A DNA stretch of 64,000 nucleotides from Blepharisma stoltei ATCC 30299 (taxonomy: Eukaryota > Protista > Ciliophora). Location of the stretch: assembly GCA_965603825.1 (NCBI GenBank), contig CBFDEM010000061.1, positions 124,001 to 188,000 of the forward strand. The letters are read 5' to 3'. Positions 52,623 to 64,000 of this stretch are shown one piece after another (the stretch's first letter is position 1; the number at the start of each line of letters is the position of its first letter). The notes below the pieces were generated by a model that ran no database searches, was not told the DNA's origin, and was given only the letters and a program-made list of their open reading frames with translations. The position numbers were made by a program, and so were the translations under genes.

Positions 52623-55600
52623 TTATATTTGAATTTTTCTAATACGATTACATTGCAAATTATTGTTTTCTTTGACAATTCCTGACTTCACAAGTTTTTC
52701 TTTTCTAGCATGGTATAATGTTTTAGAAAAAATAATTATTGAAGAAATTGTTTGAATTGCTATAATAACTAGGACAATTATGATAATAAAATCCTCAATC
52801 CCTTCTATAACTTCTTGCTCAAAATTAAATAAATAAGCAGTTGTAGCGCTCATAATTAAGAAAATCAATATTTCAGTCACTAAGTTGGTTATTTGCAAAA
52901 TTTGATCTTCAAAGGGCCAGCACAAAGCTAAGTACATCATAGTTAAAAAGGAAAGAACAATATTCACAGTCACTTCGGTTTGTGGATAATCTCTTAAATA
53001 AATCAAATTTATTATATAAACGAGCCTTCTAGCAAAAAATAGGAAATAGTATTGGGTTGTTATCAGTCCTTTATCTGTTCGAAACTCATAAAAAAAAGTG
53101 CTAAACGAGGCAAAAAATGTTTTATCACGGGTTTCAATGCGGGCTTTATTTTTATAAGAAAACCAAAAATATGCACCTGGAGTAGCTATTAGTAATATGC
53201 AAAGAGATAAACACAAAGCAAAATTTGCAATTTGTGTAATATTGGTAAATTCAAAAATTGTAAGTCCAACACATGCAGCTGCTCCTAACTCAAGATAGCA
53301 TTGAATCCAAAACCTAAAATAAAAGGCATATTGATAATCTCCCAATCTTTTTGTAAATTTATTACCTATCCATCTATTAGAGCATCGTGAAAAATATAAA
53401 ATTAAAGGTAGAGCTGCAATTGAGCCTAATAGCAATGTAAAATCATTTCCTTGATTTATTAGGATTAGATTAGTGTCAAATCCAAATTCTTCAGCTTGAG
53501 AGTATGGAGTATTTCCTTTGTTTTTATCTATAAAATATTGGAAAACGTTAGGGAATAAATTAAAAGAATTCAAATTATTCAAAAATGACCTCATTTTGCT
53601 TGAAAAAGGGATTCCTGATAAAGTCATGTAGCTCAGAATTTGCAAAGTATTCATCAGGCATCATAAAGAGCTTGGACTTGAATTTATAATTGACATAGAA
53701 GCAACTACAGATACAGTTGTTTGAGATGCTGTTTGGGATTGAGATGAGACTGACTCAGTAACTGGCGAATTTGATTCTGGATCATATGAGTTTAAGCTTG
53801 CAGAAATCTCTGATGAATTTAAGATACCATTTGATATCGATTTTACTTTTGATAGATCTAAGAATTGTATAATAGCTAAAGTACCTTGGGAAATTTTCTC
53901 AGTAATTGCTAAAGAAATATAGTAGCATGTGTCGTTCATTTTTTCTAATTTAGATGAAATTTCTTCTTGATTTCTAATTATTATAACAAAATCTGAAATA
54001 GTTAGATTTTTTGCTAGACTTTCGGAAAAAGTCAGATATAAAGAGTTATCAGCCAAAACTGTAAGCTTTGCTGAAAAAGAGACTAAAATACAACTTTCTG
54101 TTCCATTATATCCTAAGTTGCAAGAGCATAGGTCGTTTTGAAGACTAGCATTACTTGTACAAGCTGTGCATTTTGTAAGAGACTCACAAGATGAGCATAA
54201 ATTTGGACATTTATGAAAGTGCCCATCTTCTCCTTTGAATCCGCCAGACTCAATTGGAATGCATGTATTACTTTGGGTATCATCAAGTACATAGTTATCA
54301 TCACAGGCACACGAATCAGGGTTAATAGCATGCTCTTTACAAACTTCACAGCTTGAATAATCACTACAGGATTCACATAATAAATTATTGCAAAGCGAAC
54401 AAGTATCTCGTCAGTCTCTGCAACTTTTTTTACATTTAATATTGCAACTATAGCATTTGTTATAGGCTGGGCCGCTTCAATATTCTTTTATTTTGCAGTT
54501 AGGTATGCATACTTGGCTGCTAGGACAAACACTACAGCTTTCAGTACAAGATGTAGTTGATAGGCTTGATATAGGTTTTACTGCATTAAAAATCTGAATA
54601 GTATAAATAAAGCCTTGATAATAATTATAAACTTCTGAAGAGCTAATTTGAGCTCCTATAGTCATTGTGGTGTGAGGACCTATATCATTAAAAGTTCCAT
54701 ATCCTGTCGTCACAGAAGAATCAAATAACCCATTTACATAGCTTGAAATTATATTAGAGCCACTGTTCATTTTCAAAGTAAATACAATATGGCTCCATTC
54801 ATAATTATTAAGCGATGCTTGAGAAATATAAAAAAATGCAGATGAGCTTATTAGAAGCGAAATTGTCGGCTTGCCTGCTATTAGAGAAATATAGTAAAGC
54901 GTTGAGTAATTGTCAGAAACATCGTGCTTTGAAATTATAGCTGAATAAGATGTTTCAGTGTTAAGCCATATAGAAATCGTGAAGGTCGGGGGTATAACAA
55001 GTTTTGGCGATGTATAGGTTGAGTACTCTGGCATCCTTAAAATTGAAGATTCTCCATTAAAATAGAAGCCTCTTAGGTAAGCAGGAATAGGATCATCGGC
55101 TTCATAGTCTGGATAAAATTGTTTTGCTGATCCAGTTATAACTGGAATTGAGCTTGCATCATCATACACTATACCATTCAGAGTATTCAAATTTAAATCA
55201 AATATTTTTTCTTGAGAAAATACACACACACCTGTAGATGAAGAAATATATCCTGATGGACAGCTTGAAGAGCAAATTCCTAAAACCATATAATATCCAT
55301 TATAGCATGTCAAGCAATCATACCAATTAGCAGATGTACATGATTTGCATGATATATCGCAAAGCTCACAGCTTTCATTAGTATCATTCCAATAATATCC
55401 AGAATTGCATTGGCAATTTGTGTCTATAATACTAGCATTAGAAACGCATTGAGTGCATTTTCCTGATCCAAAATCAGTGCATATTAAGCATAATAAATCG
55501 TCACAGACATTGCAATTTCCGGCTCTTACACAGCCTTTGGTGCATGAATTGCAGGATAAATAAGAAGATCCGCTTCAAAAATGAGACAAGTCACAAGACC

Positions 55601-57998
55601 ATAAACAAGCGTGCCCTGATCCACATACAGCATTAATATAGTTTGAAAAAGAGCTGATTGGTGCGTTTCAGAGCTGAAAAGAGTTAATAAACCCTTTAAA
55701 CCCAGACGAGCTGCTTTTGCCAATCATTAAGTTTGTGGAAGCAAGGTCTCTATAAATATAATTTGAAACTGGTAGGGTTGAAGCTACAACATTGTTGATA
55801 TAATTTGTGATAGTTGTACTACCAGATGAATATGCAAAAGTCACTGACAAATAATTCCAATCAATCAGTGTTGTACCTAAAGACAAAGTTTTAGAGGCTA
55901 ATGTTTGAGTAGGATCTTCCATAATAGCTGTAACTCCTGATGATGACAAAATAAGCTGAGTTTGTTTTTCTAATATATCGCCACTCGCTGTTACATATAG
56001 CCATAATCCAATAGAAAAACTATGATAAAGGAGTACCGATGTAGATGATAAAAGATAAGCACTCCCATCAAAATATAAGCCTCTCATATAGGCAGGAATA
56101 GGGTCAACTGATTCTGGAGTGTTAAAAAACTGAAAAGATGATGAACTGGCTCCTGCTGTCAAAACTCCATACGAGCCTTGAAAATCTACATTGAAAGACT
56201 CATCTATCACAGGGGTCGTTGCAGGCAAACAAGACCCTCCAAACCCATAAGGACAGCCATTTAGACAGACATTTCCAACTAATTGATAGCTCCCTGAACA
56301 AGCTGAGCACTCAAAATAAGATGTTTTTAGGCAATTCGGGCAAAGCACGTCACATCTTTCACATGATTGAGTTAAAGACACCCAAAATGCATATGAATCG
56401 CAAGTACAACCTCCATTTCCATCACTAACAGCATTCGTAATGCAAGTCAAGCATGACCCTGTCCCTATGAATGCTGTGCATGCAGCGCATTCTTTAGTAA
56501 AACATAAACTGCAGGTATCAGAACTTACACATCCCTTATTACAGTTTGTCTTACAGTCTTTACAAGATGAGCCATCAATGTACTTATCTAATGGACAATC
56601 ACTTGGACAACTTAAATCAGCTGAACATTTTGTGCAGGGTGATGTGCATCCTGATGTTCGCCATTCATCTAAGTAATAATTATTTAAGCAATAAATTTTC
56701 ATTTTCCAAATAAAGCCTGTAAATCCAATGATATCATTTCCTATATATGCATTCCCTGAAATACTGTCTTCTGCATATAATGCAGTTGCTGTTGTGAAAG
56801 ATTGTAAGAATGATCCATCAATATAAGAGCTTATTGTTGTAGTTCCGTCAGCATTAATGTAGCCATCAAATGAAATAAAGAATCATCCATTCAGAACATT
56901 AGAACTTCCTGTTACTGAAATTGTAGTTCATGAATCTGAAATAAGTAGGGAAAGCCTAGGATATCCTGAGTACAAAATTTCGACAAACCATTGGTATGTT
57001 GTTATAGTTTTGACTAGAACTATTCCTGCTGATTGAGCCTTTAGCCAAATAGCAATTGAAAATGTTGGAGAAAGCATAAGAGGTGATGCTAAATAACTAT
57101 TAGATTTAAAGTAGTAGCCTCTCGATTTAACTGGTCAAGGATCATTTGTATCATAAGTTGGATAAGTATTAGTTATCGAATTTCCTGCCAAAACCCCTCC
57201 CCCTTGGTTAAGAATAATCTTATTATCTAAAATCATGGCAAGAGTAACAAGATAATTGTAATCACAGGTATTTGTACCTGCATTTTGCAAATATCCTGTA
57301 GGACAATATGACAAGCATAACATGTTTTGGTATGAGAAAGAACCAGAGCCACAGGCAATGCAATAAACTTGTGCTATGAGGCCAGTTATAGTAATTAGCT
57401 GAAAATTGAGCTTGGCATCTCTATTTGCTAAATCCAGAATTTTACGAGCAAATAGAATCAAAAATGCATAAAGCACAATTAAATAATAAGGTGCATTATA
57501 AAATTCTGAAAAAATGTTTGACCTCGATACATAAGAATTCGAAGCTTTTTTTCAAGTAAGCGGATTTATTGATAAATCTAACCTAAAATAATGATTTTGT
57601 GTAAAATTTTGGTTTTCTATGATGCTTGGAGCTGCATCAAAATAGAATTCCTGATAGGGAGATATTATCAGGGATTGCTTAGCGCGAAATGAAGCCGCGA
57701 TTGGAATAAACAAATTTTGAGGATAATTATTTGAGTATGAGAAATTTGTAGCTGCCAAATCTTGAACACTTGAAAAATTCATTTCAAGCGAATTTGCCTT
57801 ATCTTCGCTTAGTATTGTGTAGATGCTGAAGCTAATATTCTGGCTTATTCAACTAAATAGGGAAGGATTTGCTTTTAAGCAGTCAATTTTATGTTTAAGA
57901 TAAAAGTGAACAGGCTTTATTCCTCAATTATAGTTGCCATGTGGACCAAATGACCAGATGAGCACAGCTTTGGAGATAATAATCAGAATAAAATTCAT
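52623..57998 (-). CDS. Copy K, ~1791 aa: short form (leader, LamG3, LamG4, LamG7, stalk, multi-pass TM)
   Basis: Track ORFs from 52623 to 57782 are in phase and the frame is open to ATG 57998. It is positionally equivalent to copy E. Stop is TAA TAA. Confidence 0.85.
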
Positions 57999-58467
57999 TA
58001 CGTCATTATGGCATAATGGTGAAACAAATAAATAATTAGACATTAAGAACTAAAAAATTTTATTGAGGAAATATTTGATTATATATTGATCTAAGTCATT
58101 ATATAAGATCTATAGCTATTTCCAATTAAATATAATAAAAATTTGTATAGCGAAAATAAGTTTATTTAAATTTGATCAATTTTTATTTTAACTGAAATTC
58201 TTTTAGTTGCTTTGTTTGGTATCTTCACTATAGGTATTCTTAACCAAAAATCGATAAATAATTACAATTGAGATTATCTAAATATTTTAGCACAATTTAC
58301 TCTAAGCTATTATATTAATGCTAAAGCTATTTTACGATTTTTCTAATTCTTTGTAAGTATTAAGTTTAATTAATTTTATTAGAATTAAATATCATATATA
58401 ACATAAAGGTTTCTAAATTAAATTATAAAATATTTTTTTGATCTGCATTATTAACTTTTTGCTCAAT

Positions 58468-61400
58468 TTAGCTATCTGCCGGAAGTATTTTTGCTTTATC
58501 AATATTTCCAGTGTTGAACCTAACTCTAAAAAACTCATATACAGTCCTAACAAAAATAGTTATTGAAGCAAGCAACTGAGCCCCTATTATTATGACAATA
58601 ATAATCACAATACAATTTTCAATTTTAGACATCACATTTGGCTCAAGATTAAATAAATAAGCAGCTGTACTGCCCATTATTATACATATTAATATTTCAG
58701 ACACTAAGTTGCTTAATTGCAATATTTGGTCTTTAAAAGGAGAATAAAGTAATAGGTGCATGATAGTCATTAAGGAAAGCACAATATTAATGGTCACTTC
58801 TGTTTCTGGGTAGTTTCTTAAATAGATTAAGTTTACTATATAAATAACCCTCCTTACAAAAAATACAAAGTAATATTGGGTTGTGAGAAATCGGTCAGTT
58901 CTAAACTCATAAAATAATGAGCCAAAAGAGGCAAAAAATGTTTTTTGATGTAATAAGATTCGATTTTTATTTTTATAGGAAAATGCAAAAAATAATCCTG
59001 GAGTAATAATGAGTAATATGCCGACTGATGCACAGATAATAAAATTGATTATTTGTGTTGCGTTAGTAAACTTTAATTCGATAATTCCTATACAAACTGC
59101 AGCTCCTAATTCAAGATAGCATTGAATCCAAAATCTCAAATAAAATGCAAATTGATATGATTTTAAAGTTTTTCTAAGCTTATTACCAAGCCATCTCTGA
59201 GAACATCTCGAAAAATAAAAAACTAATGGTAGAGCTACAATAGAAGTCAATATCAATGTAAAATCATTGCCTTGATTTATCAAAATTAGATCAGTCTCAA
59301 ATCCAAAATCCTGAGCTTGAGAATATGGTGTATTTCCTTCTTGTTCATCTATTAAATAAGAAAACATATTTGGAAATAAGTTAAAACTGTTCAGATTATT
59401 CAAAAACGCTCTTAGTTGGCTAGAAAAAGGAATTCCAGATAAAGTCAAATAGCTAAGAATTTGCAATGTATTCATAATGCTTCATAAAGAGCTTGGATTT
59501 GGGCTTATAAATGATGATGCAAGAGCTGCAGCAACTGTAGTTTGCGTTATTGCCGTTGCTTGTGATGTAGTTGCTGCAATATCTGAGGAATACGGATCAG
59601 GATCATAAGAATTCAAAACCACAGAATAATCTGATGATTTTAAGATGCCATTAGACACTGATTTTACTTCTTTTAGATCTAAAAACGTCAATTTAGCTAA
59701 TGTGCCTTTAGAAATTTTCTCTTTTATGTTCAGAGAAATATAATAAAAGGTACTATTTACTTGCTCAATTTTACATGCAATTTCTCCTTGCTTTTCAATT
59801 ACTACTATAAAATCATAGACTCTAAGATCTTTGGCTAGGCTTTCTGAAAAGGCAAGGGAGAGGGAATTATCAGAGAGAACTGCAAGTTTGGCTGAAAAAG
59901 GAACCAATATACACGCTTTGATACCATTGTAGCCTAGATTGCAATAGCAGATATCTGTTTTGAGGCTAGCATTTTCTACACAAGCTGTGCATTTTGTAAC
60001 AGATTCACAAAGAGCGCAGAGGTTTGGACAGGGATAAAAGACTCCATCAGGACCTCTAAACCCGCCTTGTGCTATAGTAATACAAGTGGTGTTATTTGGA
60101 GTTCCTAGCACATGATTATCATCGCAGATGCATGAGTCAGGGTTTATAGCATTTTCTTTGCAAGTCACGCATTCTATTAATGAATATCCAATACAGTCTT
60201 CACATAATAAATTATTGCAGAGTGAGCAGGTGTCTCGTCAGTCCCTGCAAGACTTTTTGCATTTTATATTGCAATTATAACATTTATTATAAGCAGGCCC
60301 ACTCCAATATTCATATATTTTACAGTTTGGGATGCAGATTTGGTTTGTTGGGCAAACATTGCAGTTTTCATTACACAATTTAGTAGACAGGCTTGATATT
60401 GGTTTTATTATGTTAAACATCTGAATACTATAAATAAAGCCTTGATAATAATTATAAAGTCCTTGTGAGCTAAGTTGGGCTCCTATAGTAATTGTAGTGT
60501 GAGAAACCGTATCAGTAAATGCTCCATAGCCTGTAGTCAAAGAGGAATCAGATCGCCCATTTATATAGCTTGACATTATATTATAGCCGTTATTTGGTTC
60601 TAGTGTAAATACAATATGGCTTCATTCATAATTATTAATCAAGGCTTGAGACTGGTATATGAAAGGAGATGAACTTATAATCAATGAAATTGCTGGCTTA
60701 CTGCCTATTAACAGGATTGAGTAAAGCACTGAAAAATTGTTAGTAATATCATGTTTCGATAACAGAGCAGAGGAAGAAATTTCTGTATTAATTCATATAG
60801 AAATTGTGAAGGCAGTCCCAATTAGAAGATTTGGAGATGTATAGGTCGAATACTCAGGCAGCCTTAAAACTGAAGATTGCCCATTAAAATAAAACCCTCT
60901 TAAATAAGCAGGGATAGGATCATCAGCTTCATAATCTGGATAAAATTGTTCAGATGACCCAGTTATGACTGGGATTGAGCTTGCTCTATCATAAATGACT
61001 CCATTCAGAGTATTAAGGTCTAAGTCAAAAAAATTTTCTTTGGCCAGCACACATCCACTTGGAGAAGAAGAATATCCTACAGGACACCCAGCTTTACAAA
61101 CTCCTAAAGAACTATAATATCCATCTGCACAGGATAAGCAGTCCAAAGAGCTAGAAGATGTGCAGGTTTTGCAAGAAATATCACATAATTCGCAGTCTTC
61201 ATTAATAGTGTTCCAATAATACCCAGAATTGCATTGGCAGTTTGTGCCTACTAAATTTGCGTTTGTTTTGCAAGTAATGCACGTATTTGTATAGTCGTCA
61301 CATACTTTGCAGATAACGTCTTTACATAAGTTGCAGCTTTTATCACTTCTTACGCAGCCATTTGCAGAGCATCCAGGTAAACAAGCTACACAGATGCTGC

Positions 61401-64000
61401 CATCAAAGTATTTGTCCAAACCACAATTATCAATACAAGCATTGCTATTATCAATAGGGCAGAGAGAGCATGAATTACAAGAACTTGAAGCTAAACTACC
61501 TAATGCTATTGGTGTATTATAGATTTTTAGATCCCATAAAAATCCAGTAAAAAATGACACTAAAGATGTAGGGCTTGAATGGCATGCCCCAATTGCTATT
61601 AAAAATGAATTTTCTAAATCATTCAGTCAACTTGGTGCTAAATCGCTTGACACATCACTTGCTCCATTTAGAGATAAAGTTATAGTTTGTTGAGGAGTAG
61701 AGCTTATGCTGGAAATTGCTGATATAAAATTTCATTGAGAAAGGGTAGCCTCTAATGAGGGATTAGAGCTTGTATAAGTAATTGTGGATGAGTCTTTTAG
61801 AGTCAAAGTAAGAGATGGATATTTGCTTATTAGTTCAAGACTAATCGATTTTTTAAATAATCCGTTGTTAGCTTGCTTAGAAAAAATAACCCCAGTGCCT
61901 ACTATTGGTTTTATTCAAACTGCTATAGTAAATTTTGGTGCAAAAGTTAGTAGTGCTGTCGTAGTACCTGCATAAGGAGGCAGCTGCATATAAGATGAGC
62001 CAGTAAAATAATAACCTCTATTAATAGTTGCTATAGGATCAGCTGCATCATAATTAGGATAAAAACTATTATCTTTGCCTGTAAGTACTGGTATATTTGA
62101 CTTTAAATCGGTAACGACATCTTTTATTTGATGCGGCATCAAATTGAATACAAAAAAATTGGTATAAGCAGGATAAGCATTACAATTGCTACCATTTATA
62201 AAATATCCAGTAGGGCAAAATGACATACACAAAGATTGAATCAGATAATACCCTGATATACAAGTAAGGCAGCCATTAAATTTAAGTGTAGAGCAAGATG
62301 CACAAATTGAATGGCAAAGCTCACAGCTTTGGAAGTTGGGAACTCACAATGCATTTGCAAGACACATACAATGACCAGCTGATTTATAAGCATTTGTAAT
62401 ACAGCTTGTGCATTCTCCTGAAAAAGTAGTGCATGATTCGCATTCTTTATCTCTGCAAAGGTTGCATGATAAGTCATTAACACATCCTTGGATGCAGCTA
62501 GAGCAAGCTATACAGCTATCAGGGTATTTATCGAAATCGCATTCACTTAAGCACAAATGATTTGATGGACAAGCAGAGCAACCAGTCACACATGAAGAAG
62601 TCGCATAATCATCAGCTTGGTAGCTATACGAGTTATATATTATTAATCTTGCTAAAAAACCGTGAAGTCCTGAAGTTCCAAAAGTTTCATCATTTCCTAT
62701 ATAAAGGTAGCCTAAAATGGTATCTTTAAAATAGGTCAAAGAAGTAGTTGTAATAGAGCTAGTAGATACTGCATTGATGTAGAAATTAATAATGGTTTTT
62801 CCATTAGACTGGACTTGGCCTGTAAAGCTTAAGAAATTCCAACTGCTTAAAATACTTGTAGAAGCTGTTAAAGTTTTAGAAGTTGAATCGGAAAATTTTA
62901 TTGAGAGGACTGGAAACCCAGATGAGTCTACAGTTATCTTAAAAATATCGCTCGAGATGTACTTTGTTACCAATATTCCACCTGAAAGTGGTTTAGTTCA
63001 TATAGAAACTGCAAATGATGGCGCTATCATTACAGTCGATGATAAATATTTGCTGAATTTAAAATAGTAGCCTCTTTTATAAGCTGGAATTGGATCATTA
63101 GCATCAAAATTTGGATAAGTATAAGCATTATTAATACCTACATTGAACCCAGAAACCGTATCAAGACGAATCTGGTCTGTTAAATCCAGGCTTATTCCTA
63201 TATTTGATACATAATCACATGCATTTGTGATTGAATTTTTAATATACCCCGATGGACACTCACTTAAGCATTGTCCAGTTGAGGCAAACAAGAAAAACCC
63301 TGATATGCATGCAGTGCATTTATTATAAATCGAAATAGTACATAGAGAGCACTCGCTTGGACATAACGCACATGAGAGTCCATCTATAGAAGCCCCATAG
63401 CCAGGATTGCAAAAGCATGAACCAGAAACCAAATGAGCGCTAGAAATGCATTGAGTGCATTTTCCTGCTCCAAACCCTATACAAACTAAGCATAATATAT
63501 CATAACAAATATTGCAGGAATTTCCTCTAACACATCCTTTAGTGCATGAGCTGCAAGATAGGCAAGAAGCACCATTTTGATATGCTGAGAATAAACAAGT
63601 TGATAAGCAAGAAGATTTTAATCCAGCCCCACAAAATGAGAAGCCATTAAGGATACTTAAAAAATCACTAATTCTTACATTCCACAGCTGAAAAGAATAT
63701 AAAAACCCAACAAATCCAGAGCTGTTGCTTTTTCCCAATTTCAAATTAGTAGATGATTGGTCTCGAAAAATCAAATTAGGGTTGCTTAATGAGTTCACTA
63801 AATTTCCATTGACATAAATTTCAAAAATAGTCGTACTTGATGCGTAAGCTACTACGACTGATACGTAATTTCAAGCTGCGAGCAAAATACTTTGTGCTAA
63901 TGAAATTCATGACTCTACTTGCATATTATTTTCCAGTTTTACTCTCATAGATCCATCTGATACTATTTGTAGCTTATTTTTCCTTATAACAGTGTCATCA
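58468..64000 (-). CDS. Copy L (3' part; 5' end off window): long form, close paralog of F, LamG4(end)-7 + stalk + TM
   Basis: Track ORFs from 58468 to 63798 are in one phase and colinear with F 30329-35920. TAA at 58468 gives a shorter cytoplasmic tail than F. Confidence 0.85.

Larger units (their letters stand above)
52190..64000. repeat. Segmental duplicate of ~24160-35920 (E + spacer + F cassette)
   Basis: The offset is a near-constant ~28.07-28.09 kb (24550 to 52623; 31384 to 59475). Even the non-coding spacer 29917-30328 matches 57999-58430. Confidence 0.85.

Noticed and set aside
671-63798. Treating the many short same-strand ORFs as separate genes, an operon, or nonsense-riddled pseudogenes
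   Set aside because: They are in phase, end at TGA, and those TGAs align with TGG in paralogs. They are pieces of single long CDSs.
1-64000. Bacterial (Mollicutes), SR1/Gracilibacteria or mitochondrial origin for the TGA recoding
   Set aside because: The content is eukaryote-type furin-like Cys-rich surface proteins with long AT-rich spacers and no housekeeping or organellar genes. TGA aligns with Trp, not Gly.
1-64000. Selenocysteine or Cys decoding of TGA in these Cys-rich proteins
   Set aside because: The TGAs examined fall at conserved Trp positions of LamG/TM motifs, not at CxxC positions.

Overview
AT-rich eukaryotic DNA that only makes sense if TGA is read as Trp and TAA is the stop. 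This pattern fits a heterotrich ciliate of the Blepharisma type (inference). Once TGA is read through, the many short minus-strand ORFs in the track fall into phase and join into very long genes with no evident introns. The whole window is a tandem array of one family of giant surface receptor-like proteins: signal peptide, then up to 7 repeats of [furin-like CxxC Cys-rich segment + LamG/pentraxin/ConA-like domain], a Cys-rich plus beta-rich stalk, and a multi-pass (~8 TM, FLC/PKD2-TRP-like) membrane domain. I count 8 apparently intact copies (A and L run off the window edges), 1 frameshifted copy (C), 1 truncated copy (G) and 2 decayed fragments (H, I). Copies differ by exact in-frame gain or loss of whole LamG modules, twice at visible microhomologies. 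They also differ by gene-conversion-like mosaic tracts and by a hypervariable patch in the membrane-distal LamG domain. A two-gene cassette is duplicated about 28 kb apart, and an inverted block lies at about 43.4-50.4 kb. One spacer carries an 848-bp insertion with a perfect 16-bp target-site duplication (UBA-like ORF plus W-x-C repeat), next to a ~100-nt three-hairpin structure. Gene limits come from phase arithmetic on the ORF track plus manual reading of ends and several gaps. Not every codon was checked, and tiny in-frame 15-nt introns would be invisible to this analysis.
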